Shown here: one piece after another, positions 47,298 through 58,700 of the stretch
How the letters are laid out: each line of letters begins with the position of its first letter
How positions within the stretch are numbered: position 1 is the stretch's first letter
Source of the DNA: Dimorphilus gyrociliatus
Taxonomy: Eukaryota > Animalia > Annelida
Reading direction: 5' to 3'
NCBI GenBank assembly: GCA_904063045.1
Contig: CAJFCJ010000092.1
Span: 7,833 to 71,832, forward strand
DNA: 64,000 nucleotides
The notes under the pieces: model-generated
Told to the model about the DNA's origin: nothing
Databases searched by the model: none
What the model saw: the letters and a program-made list of their open reading frames with translations, nothing else
Translations under genes and position numbers: made by a program

Positions 47298-47849
47298 TTT
47301 GAAAATGGCCCCAACTTATAATATTGATTACTTTGCAAATATATCTCCAAATCTGTAAACTTTCATTAAGAAAACTTTCATTGGGTTCTGTCAAGCCATT
47401 ACAAAATTATTTTGGTGCGAGCAACAGTAAGTCATGTCTACACATTCCTAAACTTAACCCTTTTACGTTTTAGTATATTTTAACTAGCTTTGAATTTTAA
47501 AAAACAGTTCTTTTTTGTTCCATTTCCATAAAACAATGTCAAAGGTTAGTTGTTATTTGTCAAGCTCAATATTTTATTTAAGTATACAAACTTACATATG
47601 AACTGTGTGGTCCATTTTCATGGGTAAAGGAATAGGATAGGTTTTTTTTGAGATCCTCATAAATACATTTTACACCAAAAGAGGTAGGTTCAAAGGAGAT
47701 TCAGTGTTGGTATAGTAAAGATGTAATTAAATGCTATTTAAAATGAAAATATTGAAAAGTGACTGACTGTACAGTGATCTTTTGGTATTTATTGAAAAAA
47801 CTTGTATCCATAATAAAATTCGGAAGCCAAAGTTTTGGTCTGTCTATCA

Positions 47850-47930
47850 GGGTCAGGATAATTCGCCCCAAGACAGTTCACCCCATTTCAGGGACAGTTT
47901 ACCCTTTTTTTTAGGATAGTTGACCAGCTA
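47850..47930. repeat. Degenerate short tandem subterminal-type repeats (GGACAGTTCACCCC-like)
   Basis: ggataattcgcccc / agacagttcacccc / ggacagtttaccc / ggatagttgacc, followed downstream by aaccctaacc. Confidence 0.5.
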
Positions 47931-48033
47931 ATCTATTATTTACTAACTCTAGGCCTACCAAACCTTTAGTGTAAGTGTAATAAGAGACTTATCAATCAAT
48001 CAGCCTTTGATTTTACAAACCCTAACCAATCAC

Positions 48034-49268
48034 CATCCTCTGTCCTGAACTGTGGACCATCATATACCATTGTCTTGGTCAGATGCCGCATGTTCTCTAT
48101 TGGACTCAGATCAGGGCTCCTTGCTGGCCAATCTATTGGTTTGATGTCATTGCTTTTAAAGGCCCTTTTCATTTTTCTTCCAGTGTGACAGCCAGCATTG
48201 TCTTGCTGGAAGATTTACTGCCTGCCCATTTTTGCCTCAATTTCTTCTATGACAGGCAGAACATCTTCCACAATGAAGGAGCTATAGTTTTCAGCATTCA
48301 ACTTGCTCCTTATCCTCCAGACTTCAAATATGCCATCAGAGGTTATCAACCCCCACACCAATACTCCACCTCTCCCCATATTTTTTTGACCCTGAAGTCC
48401 TTTTTGCTGTTGCTGGTCCAAGTCCCAAAATCGTCAGGTCCACTTAGCAAAAACCTAGCCTCATCAGTAAAAATAACCCTAGACCAATCTAGATTTTCGC
48501 TAATAACTTTGAGGCAGTATGCTTTTCTGCATTTACAGTCTTTGGAGGTGAGATGAGTTCTTTGTCTGACTCTTTTTATTTGAAATTTTGTCTTTTCAGC
48601 TCAATCTGTATTGTTCTTACACTTACATCTACTTCTAATTCCTTTAATATCTTTGCTGCTGTCACTCTTTGCTTGTTATCTTTCAGTTTCTTTATATTTC
48701 TTTTCATCCTGTCGGAAAGCTTCTTCAGACCTCCCCTATTGTCTTGTTCTGGCTGCTTGTACTTCAATATGTTACTAACTGATGATGGTGCCATTCCTAA
48801 AACTCTTGCTGTTACCCTTTATTTCCTTATTTTGCTATATTTCTTGATTACCAAATCCCTTATATCTTGACTCCAAACCATAATTAAAAAAATACAATAT
48901 AAATTATGTACAGTAATTTTTAATATTCAATAACTAATTAAGTTAACTTAAAACAGGAAAAAAGTTGAAAAATTTTTTGTTTGAGACATCTATTTGAATG
49001 TCAAACCAGATGTCAACTCAATGTTCCAATAAACATGTCACGTGGCCAAATAAAGAAAAAAGTTATGAAAATTATTAAAAATTTTTGCTAATAATGTTCA
49101 CAAAATATTATCATTTTCTTAAATTTTTTTCAATATTATGTCAATTTAACTCTTTTTCTACATAAATTTAGACAAAAAATACTAATTTGCAGAGGACAAA
49201 CAATTTTAACTGTTAATTAAAAATTGGCCTATCAAAATTTATGGCATCCATATATACATGTCGTCCAC
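48034..49268 (-). mobile_element. Second, diverged Tc1-like element, 3'-truncated
   Basis: Collinear with 45.7-46.95 kb (MAPSSVSNIL, IFTDEARF, GGGVLVWG, QQDN, WPARSPDLSPIEN) but with many substitutions. One degenerate TIR sharing aaaaattggcctatcaaaattta. Homology stops at ~48034. Confidence 0.88.
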
Positions 49269-49639
49269 TTTATCTGAAACATTGTTATATCACTGTATTC
49301 TTTGAGAATAGAAAAGTGAACAATGTTAATGAAGTTATACTCTCAACTCTAAAATCATCACTCACTGTGCTGTATGTAACAAATTGACCTATTTTTACAT
49401 AATACATTCTTTCTTCTCTCTCTCTTTCTCTCTTTTGTTTATACACATTTATTGATAAAATATGATTTTTTATGAAATGTAATCTATAATGAGATTATTT
49501 CTTTAATAAAATTATGCAGTTTTTACTGATTAGATTAAAAGAGGAAGAAAAAATATATTTTATGTTGTAATATGATCTCTTTTCAGGCCTGATTCTATGC
49601 AATCTCTTTTTTAGACTTTTCGGGATCTCTACATGGGGT

Positions 49640-51050
49640 TGGGTGCGAATGTACCTGGGTGCAAATGTACTGAGTGCGAACATATCAGGTACATGTGCAC
49701 CCTTTTTTTCTTTATTATTTTTATTGATTTTTCATAGAAATAGTTTGGTTAGTGATATATATGTATATATATATAATGATTTGAAAAAGTAAAAATATTT
49801 CATCAATGTGAATTATTATTTAAAAAACTAAAATGTTGTTGAAAAGTGAAGTGGTAGCCATTTCAAAAGTGGAAGTGGTAGAAATAAACTTTCACTTTGA
49901 AAGGCATATACTTAAAAAAGTCAGTTATATTTTCTGAATGAATTGTGAACAAAGTGCTTCTTAATATATTTTACAGAGGTAAATTTCTAAATACTTTTAA
50001 GCAGATTTTTGAAGAGGAATATTTTAATTTAATGTATTTTTCTGTAATAGCAAATTATTTCAATATTTGTCATAAATAAAATTTCAGCCATTTTGAATAT
50101 TTGGAAAGGACATTGATTGAGGTCTCACAATTATTTTTAATAATCAAGTGAATTTGTTCTGATTTTATATCATGGATTTGAAAAGTAATAATTCTACTAA
50201 ATGATGGATACTCTTTTGTTGTTAAACATAAAACACTTACAAGTACAATTTGGGTATTCAGTTTGAGAAGTAAGAAGAAAAAATGTGTAGCTACAATAAG
50301 ACAAAATGGAAGTATATTTATTAAAGGCAATCTGGAACATAATCCTAAAAGAAGAGATAATTTAGAAGTAGATGTTAAAGTAAACACAGATTTGAAAACT
50401 ATTTGCAAAAGTGATAACAAAACATCTGGAAGAAGCATTGCTGAAAATGTTCTTTTATCATATGAACCTAATGCTAAATGTCTTCCTGATATCAATAACT
50501 TAAAAAGAGTGGCAAACTCAAATAGACAAAAATTTAGGCCAGTTGAATCAAAAGTGTATAATTTCAATTTGAACACAACTTTTTTACCTGATGAATTTCT
50601 TCAGAAAGATATTTGTGAAAATGGAGAAAGAATTTTAATTTTTGCAACAACCCACCAGCTGGACCTATTATCAAAATCCCACTAATGGTATATTCATGGC
50701 ACTTTTAAAATTGTCAAAGAACGCTTTTATCAGCTTGTCACTGTTCATTCTTTTGTTAAAAAGAGTGGTGATATGAAGCAAGTACCTCTTGTTTTCATTT
50801 TCTTAACTTCAAAGCATACCAATGCATATACACAAGCTTTTCAGGTGAATATTTCTTATTTTCTCCACAAGAATGTTGATGAAATATAATTGTGTTTGCA
50901 GCATATCAACAGTCTGATAAATGATGAGCATCCCAAAAGAATTACAATGGACTTTGAAAAAGGACTATGGAAAGCATTAATAAAAATATACCCTAATACT
51001 GAGTTTCAAGGTTGTGTGTTTCATTTCACACAAGCAGTTTATAGGAAAAT
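49640..51050 (+). mobile_element. Decayed Mutator-like (MULE, Phantom-like) element with intron-containing transposase
   Basis: ~15-bp subterminal repeats gggtgc(g/a)aatgtac at 49640-49702. FLYWCH-like CVATI...H. WYIHGTFK...FYQLVTVH...VPLVF and MDFEKG...GCVFHFTQAVYRKI. Stop at 50683, catalytic D changed to H, and an in-frame intron at 50845-50901. Confidence 0.85.
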
Positions 51051-51143
51051 ACAGATAACTTATATAGATATAAAACATATTGGACATTGAATAACTTGAA
51101 TTAGAACATTTTTCCACCCAAAGAAAACAGCAAATAATACATA

Positions 51144-51734
51144 TCAGCGAAGTTCAGTTTTCACTTCAATAAAAAATCCTTCTTTTTTAGATGATCCATC
51201 AGTTTTGAAAGTGAATTTTACATCATGAAGAATTGGAATTTGATAGAAATGATCTTTTGAATAATATTTTGTGTCTAACATATTTCTTGTTCCAGGTACA
51301 CCTAAGCAAAATACAAAAAATGCTTGATTGTTGTATTATATTACATTGAAATCATACCATTTGAATTAAATATCTTCGTTTCTCCACAAATTCTTGCAGA
51401 ATCATAATATTGAGAAATTTCTAGGTGATCTTTGTCACATTTTGGAGAATCTTCCACTTGAAATCTACGAAACTTGATGAATATGTTCTTTTTTTTGTAG
51501 AGAGAGAAATTTTGCAATATTTAATAAAGACTTAAAAAAGGTCAGAATCGTTTTAACAAACCACTTGACAGCCTACTGAATACTTTAGGGTTAAAGATGA
51601 GTCTATATTATCTTCATAGGGGCTATCTGATTTTATATTATATATATCATTTTTACAGGGTAGTCTAAAGTTTAACTTTGATGACCCCTTTAGATGGAAA
51701 GTTCTTCTAGGGGTAGGTGTTGTTAATTCCATTT
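51144..51734 (-). CDS. CUB-domain protein (3 exons seen: 51734-51562, ~51487-51358, 51301-51144; 5' end unresolved)
   Basis: Spliced translation ...CKNDIYNIKSDSPYEDNIDSSLTLKYSVGCQV|NIFIKFRRFQVEDSPKCDKDHLEI...RICG...|...VKFTFKTDGSSKKEGFFIEV* carries the CUB hallmark motifs. Confidence 0.8.
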
Positions 51735-52599
51735 CTGAAATATAAAATTTTAAATAATAAAATATATAATCCATATTTCGAATTACGTTTATCATAAATT
51801 CCATTTTCAAGTTTTTCTGAAATGAAAAATTTTGCTTTAGTATACAAATTTTCTAAAATATCTTGATATTTTTCCATACTTAATGATTCAAGAATTTTAA
51901 TCTGATTTTGTAAAAGATTTATAAGGGATTCCTTAAAAATTCTCCTTTCTTCTTTTATCTCTGAACAGAGACAGTCGCTTCTTATCTATTTATGTTAGAA
52001 AATAGAATATTTTATAAAATATAGTGACATTATTTTTACCTCTTTTAATAATCCAAGGAAAACTAATATAAAAACTGCCTTCATTTTCTCTCTTAACAAA
52101 GACAATTTCTACAGTTAGCTAAGTGTTCACTGCAATGGAATAACAAAAAACATTGTTCACTCTGCTTTATAGCATAGTTTTAGTGTTTGATCAGGTGAGA
52201 CCTTAGTTTACTTTGCAACAATTACAGGCTGAATAAACAAAGTTATATTTGGAAAAATCAATTATTCAGTTCTAGTTGAACAATATTCTTTAAATCATAA
52301 TACATGAAATCAAACTTTTGTATTTGGGTGTAGAAGTATCTTCATCATTGAAAATCATAATGTTTAAAGATGATAAGGCAATCTTTAAATGCTGTGTTGA
52401 TAGTTTTCATGGATATGAGCATACAACTTGTAATAAATTTCATGAGATAGAATTTAACTTTATTACAATTCAAAATCTATCACCTATTTTGGAATTTAAA
52501 TTAAGTGAATTGGATTGTTTTTATACAAGGAAAATAATTAACAATTTAACAAAATTTGAAATGATAAGTAAGTCTAGTTTTTTTTTGTTTTTACATTTT

Positions 52600-53140
52600 T
52601 AATCATTTTCTCATAAAATTCACAATCAACAAATTGCCTTTATGAGATTGTCTACTCAGAACCTTTGGCTGCTGTGTTGTTTAAACATAGTCTACTCTTC
52701 CCTTTGATTCTGATATCTTCAAAATAATAAATTTTATGATTTAATTTTTTGGTATTACAGAGACTTTCTGCCAGCAATCTGGCATTAAGTTCTGTCTCCA
52801 TCTCTCCAAAATAGTATTTCAATGATATTTGATATAGGATTCCTATATAGAGTATGAGAAAGTACTCAAGAATGATAAAGTTAGTCAGTTTGAAATTGGA
52901 AATGGAGGAATTAATTGGAAGAGTTGAAAAATACGCCCTACTAAAAATCATCTCTAAAAATGATGTAAATTAACTAAATATTACAGTTTTGCAACCAAAA
53001 TTTCAGGTATAGATTTTATATGATGATAAGTCAACTGAAAAGTATACAATACCAAATAGTCACATTAAAATTTTAGGAAATTTGCTTCAAAATTGTTCTA
53101 ACATAGAAACTTAAAAATTAATAAAAATAACCAAATGGAA
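52600..53140 (-). pseudogene. Possible decayed NLR/LRR-like coding remnant
   Basis: Stop-riddled frame MLEQF*SKFPKIL...SSISNFKLTNF...LLAESLCNTKKL resembles the post-NACHT LRR start of the NLR genes in this window. Confidence 0.3.
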
Positions 53141-53829
53141 CAAGGACTTCTGTATATCTGTGGAAGTGAAATAATAGCAAATCTGCTTTAAACTTGTAAT
53201 ATGCCAGATAATATAATGTTTCTTATTTCTAATAGGCTTATAAGTTTATGTGTAGAGAGGTATGCTATAAGTTTGATTGTCAATGAGAGAAAGACATAGA
53301 AAGATAGATTGAATGGAAAAATAAGACAAAATTTCAAATAATTTGATAATGTTTTTTTTTATTTTTTATAAAATGCCTATTTAGCAATTTGCAGATTTGA
53401 CTTAATGTTTTTTCTATTGTACTGCTCTTGCTGGCAAAATCTATGCGTTTGCAAGTTATAACAATACTGGTTCTACTCGAACCTTTAAACAAATGTTTAA
53501 ATTAAAACGGTTTATTCGCAATAATAATACTTAAGCAAGTAACAATATGAGAGTTCGATAGCAGAGTAGATAGTTTGTAAAAGCAGGTTGCCAAATTACC
53601 AAACTGTCTTCCAATGTTGAGGAGTACTAAATAGTAGTGGAGGTTGTTTCCAGATGATTTTCCCAGGTCCTTGGGTCCAGATGGAAGCTGCATGCCAAAT
53701 GAGAATAGTGAGGATTTATATACTTTGAGGTTTGTCTCTGACATCCAATCATCACTTTACAGTTGCCAAAATGTGTAGTTCATATTTATGTTTAGTAAGA
53801 GGATGTTACAAGGTTCAACATTTAGGAAG

Positions 53830-53893
53830 GTTAATTGAATTATAACTTGGCCACACCCTAGGCAAGTTAATTAAATTATAACTTGGCCAAACC
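53830..53893. repeat. Tandem 36-bp repeat (~1.8 copies)
   Basis: gttaattgaattataacttggccacacc at 53830 and gttaattaaattataacttggccaaacc at 53866. Confidence 0.8.
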
Positions 53894-54089
53894 TTTTTTT
53901 GGTAATTAAAGATGAGCCTTGAAGCTGACTAATCAGACTTATGTTTGGCCAATGTTATAGCATTTTCTTGCGTAGGTTTTAAGATGTACATGTATATGTT
54001 GCATCAAATAATAGAGTTCAAGCATGTAAAATATAACCAAAGTTGTACACTATCTATAATAATTATATTATAAAAAATGTTTACTTTTG

Positions 54090-55210
54090 TAAAGCAAGAA
54101 GTGTTCAAACTTCAAGGAAGACTTTAACCAAGTATGCCAAGCTTATGGTTGGTTTGGTGAAGATATTGTGAGAGCAAATCTTTTGGACTATTTAACTGGT
54201 CCTGCAGGAGATTTGGTGTTAGCTCTTGATGGAGAGCATACTGTAGAGGAAGTATGGAAAGCCCTCATGATGGGTTTGATTTTGATCCAAGGGAGTATCA
54301 AGAGAAATGATATACCTTGAAGCAAATGAATGGAGAAAGTGTGGTTAAGTTTGTTAATACTGTAAAGAAATTGATAAAGAGATTTTCTCTACTTAGACCA
54401 AAGAACCCACAATTGGTTGCAACAATAAAAGAAATGAAACTGATGGAAGTTCATAAAGAGGACTACAAGATAATGTTTTACATTTTGTGAACACCTTACA
54501 TCCTAGATGTCAGACATTGGCAAAATTATATGAAGCTGCTAAGAAAGCAGAAATCTCATTTAAAGCTAACCCAGAGAACACCAATCATAATAGTGTCCAA
54601 GTTGGAAACTAAAAAGAGAAAAGAGGCCAAAAAGACCTAAGTGATAAGGAAAGTTGCTTCTACAGAAAAAACACTGCTAAAGAAAAGTGGTCAAACCAAA
54701 AATTCCAAAAATATGCAATACTTTCAACAAACAGGTATTAAAAAGAAAAATCAACCAGTAAAGTTGGTCCTGAAGGAAGAAACTACACTAAAAAATTAGA
54801 AACATCAGATAATGACAATATGTCAGAAAATGATGAAGGTTCTGTTTTTCAGATAGTCAAGAATCCACTTTAGTAGATTCTTGTAGTGACAGGTCTTTTA
54901 TTTCAAAAATGGTATTAAAACAAATTCAAGGAAAGTCATTCTTCCAAAAACAAATTGTGAAAAAGGCTAGAGATGCTTCAAGTAATACAATAAAGACAAA
55001 AGCCATATAGAATGCCATCTCAGAAACCAGAAGAATGTCAGCAACAAATCACTGAATTGGTTAAAAGCAAAGTTATTCAGCAAAGCAAGAGCAATTAGGC
55101 ATCACCAATTGACTTTGTAAGAAGGAAGGAAGGTAGTCTATAAATGTGTGTAGAGAACAGAAAACTAAACAACATGACAATGAAGAACAAGTACCCACTA
55201 CCAAATCAAT
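54090..55210 (+). mobile_element. Ty3/gypsy LTR-retrotransposon remnant (gag-like, protease, RT start)
   Basis: LVDSCSDRSFI (aspartic protease-like, ~54870) and KPYRMP...SN*ASPIDFVRRKEGSL*MCVENRKLNNMTMKNKYPLP (~55000-55206, RT N-terminus). Many stops. Confidence 0.85.
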
Positions 55211-55299
55211 AAGGGTTGTCAATAGAAGAATTAGAGTTGTTTTTTAGAGAATGATCATAGATACTAGAAAAAAGAAATTTGCATATTATATTTATAGAA

Positions 55300-55700
55300 A
55301 ATTACAAAAACTTACTTTTCAATGTTAGTAAAAGATGATTCTGTTCTTCAAAATATCTTTAACAAACTCACCAAATATGAAACTATCATTTTTCAAGCTC
55401 ATATTATCTAACTTCTTAATCTTGAAACTAGAAATTGTATAAGTATTTCTTTTCTTTTCCTTTAGAAAATATATTGAACAAGAATACTAAAAATAAATTT
55501 AGCAAGGGTCAACTTTACTTTTGAAATTTTAAAATTTTTCAAAATATTTATATCAAGAGAAATTAAATTATCATTCATTACAGAAATTTCTTCACAGATT
55601 TGCTTGATACAGTGAAAATATTGAAAATTGTGGAAAAATTTGTAATCTTGGCATAGATTTTCAAATTGTTTTTTTAAAAATATCTCCCTTTGCAATTTTA
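55300..55700 (-). pseudogene. NLR remnant (winged-helix/HD2 region)
   Basis: QDYKFFHNFQYFHCIKQI resembles the NACHT WH motif of the two intact NLRs (YEFLHFSFHEYFTAKYL). Frameshifted, and it abuts the gypsy remnant. Confidence 0.4.
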
Positions 55701-55795
55701 AAATCTGTTGAACTATTTTTTAAATTTCTACAGTAGACAATAGTATTTAGTAATTTTTAATCTCACTTTGTAATATTTTATCATTTGTCATTTGT

Positions 55796-58700
55796 CTATT
55801 GTGAAAAAAGGAAAAGAATAAGATATATTTTTTGAAAAGATTTTTTATTATCTAACTTTTCAGTTTCCCTTTTCATTTTGGTAGCTTTGAAAGATGTTTG
55901 AATTTCTTTAGCTGAATATAGATACGGATTAAGAATTGCATTTAGTGGTATGATTAATCCAACAATTAGACTATAAGTGTTGTTATTTATGTTAATTTGG
56001 AAAATTATAGAGGCTATGGCTTTAAAATAGAGAACATTTTAAAAGATTTTATATTTGTATTATATTTGTTTAACCAATTTTTCAAACCTAAAGCAGATAT
56101 TGGAGCCCAACACAAAACATTAGATAGTGATAGCATGTATACAAGTTTCGAAATATTCTTTACAGGTGTTCGATATATTTTTGTCTTTTTAACAGAATTC
56201 CTTATCACAAAGAATAGAAGAAAATGTATAATGCTTATTAAAACACTTAGTAGGAACATAAAAATTCCAAAAATGATAAATGAATAAATCCAACCATCAT
56301 TTTTATCACTTCTTATATATATATTTAAACAAATTGTTGATTTTGAATAAAATTCCTGAAGAAAACAGCGAACGTTCATTCATTCAGTTCTCAATATTGT
56401 TTTACCTGGTAAAGTAATAAAGGTAACACTGCTAGTAGTAGTGCTATTACAACTGATAGGCTTGCAAAGCAGATGCTAAATTTTTTGAAATAACTCAGTT
56501 TAAGTGGTTTTGATATTACTTCCAGTCTTTCAATTGACATTAAAAGTATATTAAACATTGAAAGTGTTAATGAAAATGACATTACTAAACCAAGAATTTG
56601 ACACATTAAACCATTCCTCCATTTTTCTTCATTTTCTACATAATTTTCACCAGAAAAATAAATGTCAGCACTGCATATTCCTAAAATATACATTGATGAT
56701 AGAAAATCACTAAATGATATGCAAAAACGATATAATCTAGATGTTTGTTTATCTTTTAATACAATGTGAAAAAGTGCAGCTAAGTTGCCAAAAATACCAA
56801 ATATACAAAAAATCCAACTTATAGCCTTTAAAATTTTTGATGCAATTATATTATCACAAGTTAAATAGGCTGATGGTTTTGGCCTACAATAAACATTTTC
56901 TTGGCCATGAAATTTTGAAATTAGACAACAAATTTGAAATTGGCTACTAATAACAATCTTTATACTTTGAAGACTTTTCACAGAAGTTCCTAAAGATTTC
57001 AATGATAACTTTGAATTATTTAAATATAATTCTTTCAATGATAACAAATGATGGAATCCTTGTTTTTCCATAAATTTTATATTATTCTTAACCATTTTTA
57101 ACACTACCAGTTTTTTTAATGTTGAAAAGTCTTTTTTCATTATTGTTGATATTTTTGAATAAGAAATGTCTAAATAGTATAAATTTTTACAATTGTATTT
57201 TGTTAAAAAGGTTAAAGATTTGAAATTATTCATTGATAAATTGAAATGTTGAAGTAGAACAAAACTTTGTTCAGATATAAAATTTAAATTTTTTAATTTA
57301 TTTTCAGTAATTTTCATATAAACTACATTTTGAATTTGTTGAAATTTCCATAAATTTAAATACCAGTTCTTTTCAATAGTTAACGAAGTCAATTGAAAAG
57401 ATGAAAAAATTTTTTTGTATAAAAAATTTCCTTTTAGATTTATGTTTGTTATTGTGTCTGGAATCTCAATGATTATCTGAGCTTGTTGTTTAACTTGGTT
57501 ATTTGGTTGAGAACAGTGAAAGTGAAATTCGAAGTGTGTGATACAGAATTTATTTCTGAAATTTTTTATCACATCATTATTATTGTGAAATTGGCAGAAC
57601 AATTCATCAGATCCGTGTTCACAATCAATGATGCCATCGCATAGATTCTTCTGCGATAGATATAAATTTTGATATCTGCATTTAAAATATCCTTCAGAAA
57701 TGTAAGAATCTGTTGGAAGAAAATATTTTTTTTTATTGTTTTTTAAATAAAAAATCTACAGTGTAATTATTAAACCGCAATATTTTTCATCATCTCCGTA
57801 GAGGCAATCATTTAAACCATCACAAACGTTTTTAAGCTGAATACAATATCCTTCACTATAACATTTGTATTGATCAGGTGAGCATTGAGTACTTAAACAG
57901 GAAAGACTTGTCCTCTCTACATAGAAACTAGGATTTGCATAAATATTTCTATTTTTGTCTATTTGAAGTGTGCATGACTGATTAGAAATTCTAATTGGAG
58001 AACATAAAGGATTTTGTGAGCAAGATATCTCATCACTACTATCAACACAGTTTGGTATTCCATTACATTCAAGAGATCTTGAAATGCAATTATCTTGGCA
58101 CAGAATTTGTTTTTGAAATGTACAAGCTGCAAGTAAAAACAATTAGGTCATTTAAATTTGTGTAAAGATAACAATAAAGAAGCATATAACCTTTTTTATT
58201 ATCATCTAAAATAGCACTAGAACTTTTGCAAATTTCATCACTTTTGTCAAAACAGTTAACCTGATTATCACAAATATTATCCATTTTAACACACTGCTTG
58301 TTATGGCATTGTAAACTAGATTTTGAAATATTTTTGTTGTTGGTGGAATAGAATTAATTGTTTAAGTTTTTAACCTAGTTTTTTCATTACAATCCTTATA
58401 TTCTGAGTAAAGTGTTGGGTGTAGAGGAGACAAATTAAATTGCGCAATATTTGCTTAACTTATGTTTTTTTTACTTACTACAATACATTTCGTCTGAACC
58501 ATCTAAACAATCTTTAATATAATTACAAACAGAAGTGGTAATAATTTTTTCTCCCGATGTAATACATGAGAATGTATGGATATTTTTAGTAGAGCAATTC
58601 ATTTCATCATCATTTGTTAAACAATCATTAACACCATCACAAACATAAATTGAATGAATACAAATTTTACTCTTATTACAATAGAAAAAATAGTTTGTAC

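Noticed and set aside
48083-48870. Plus-strand ORFs 48083..48556 and 48553..48870
   Set aside because: They are antisense to the Tc1 transposase relic.
49640-49702. Short repeats here and at 47850-47930 as CRISPR or regulatory arrays
   Set aside because: They are head-to-tail ~15-bp units without spacers, better explained as transposon subterminal repeats.
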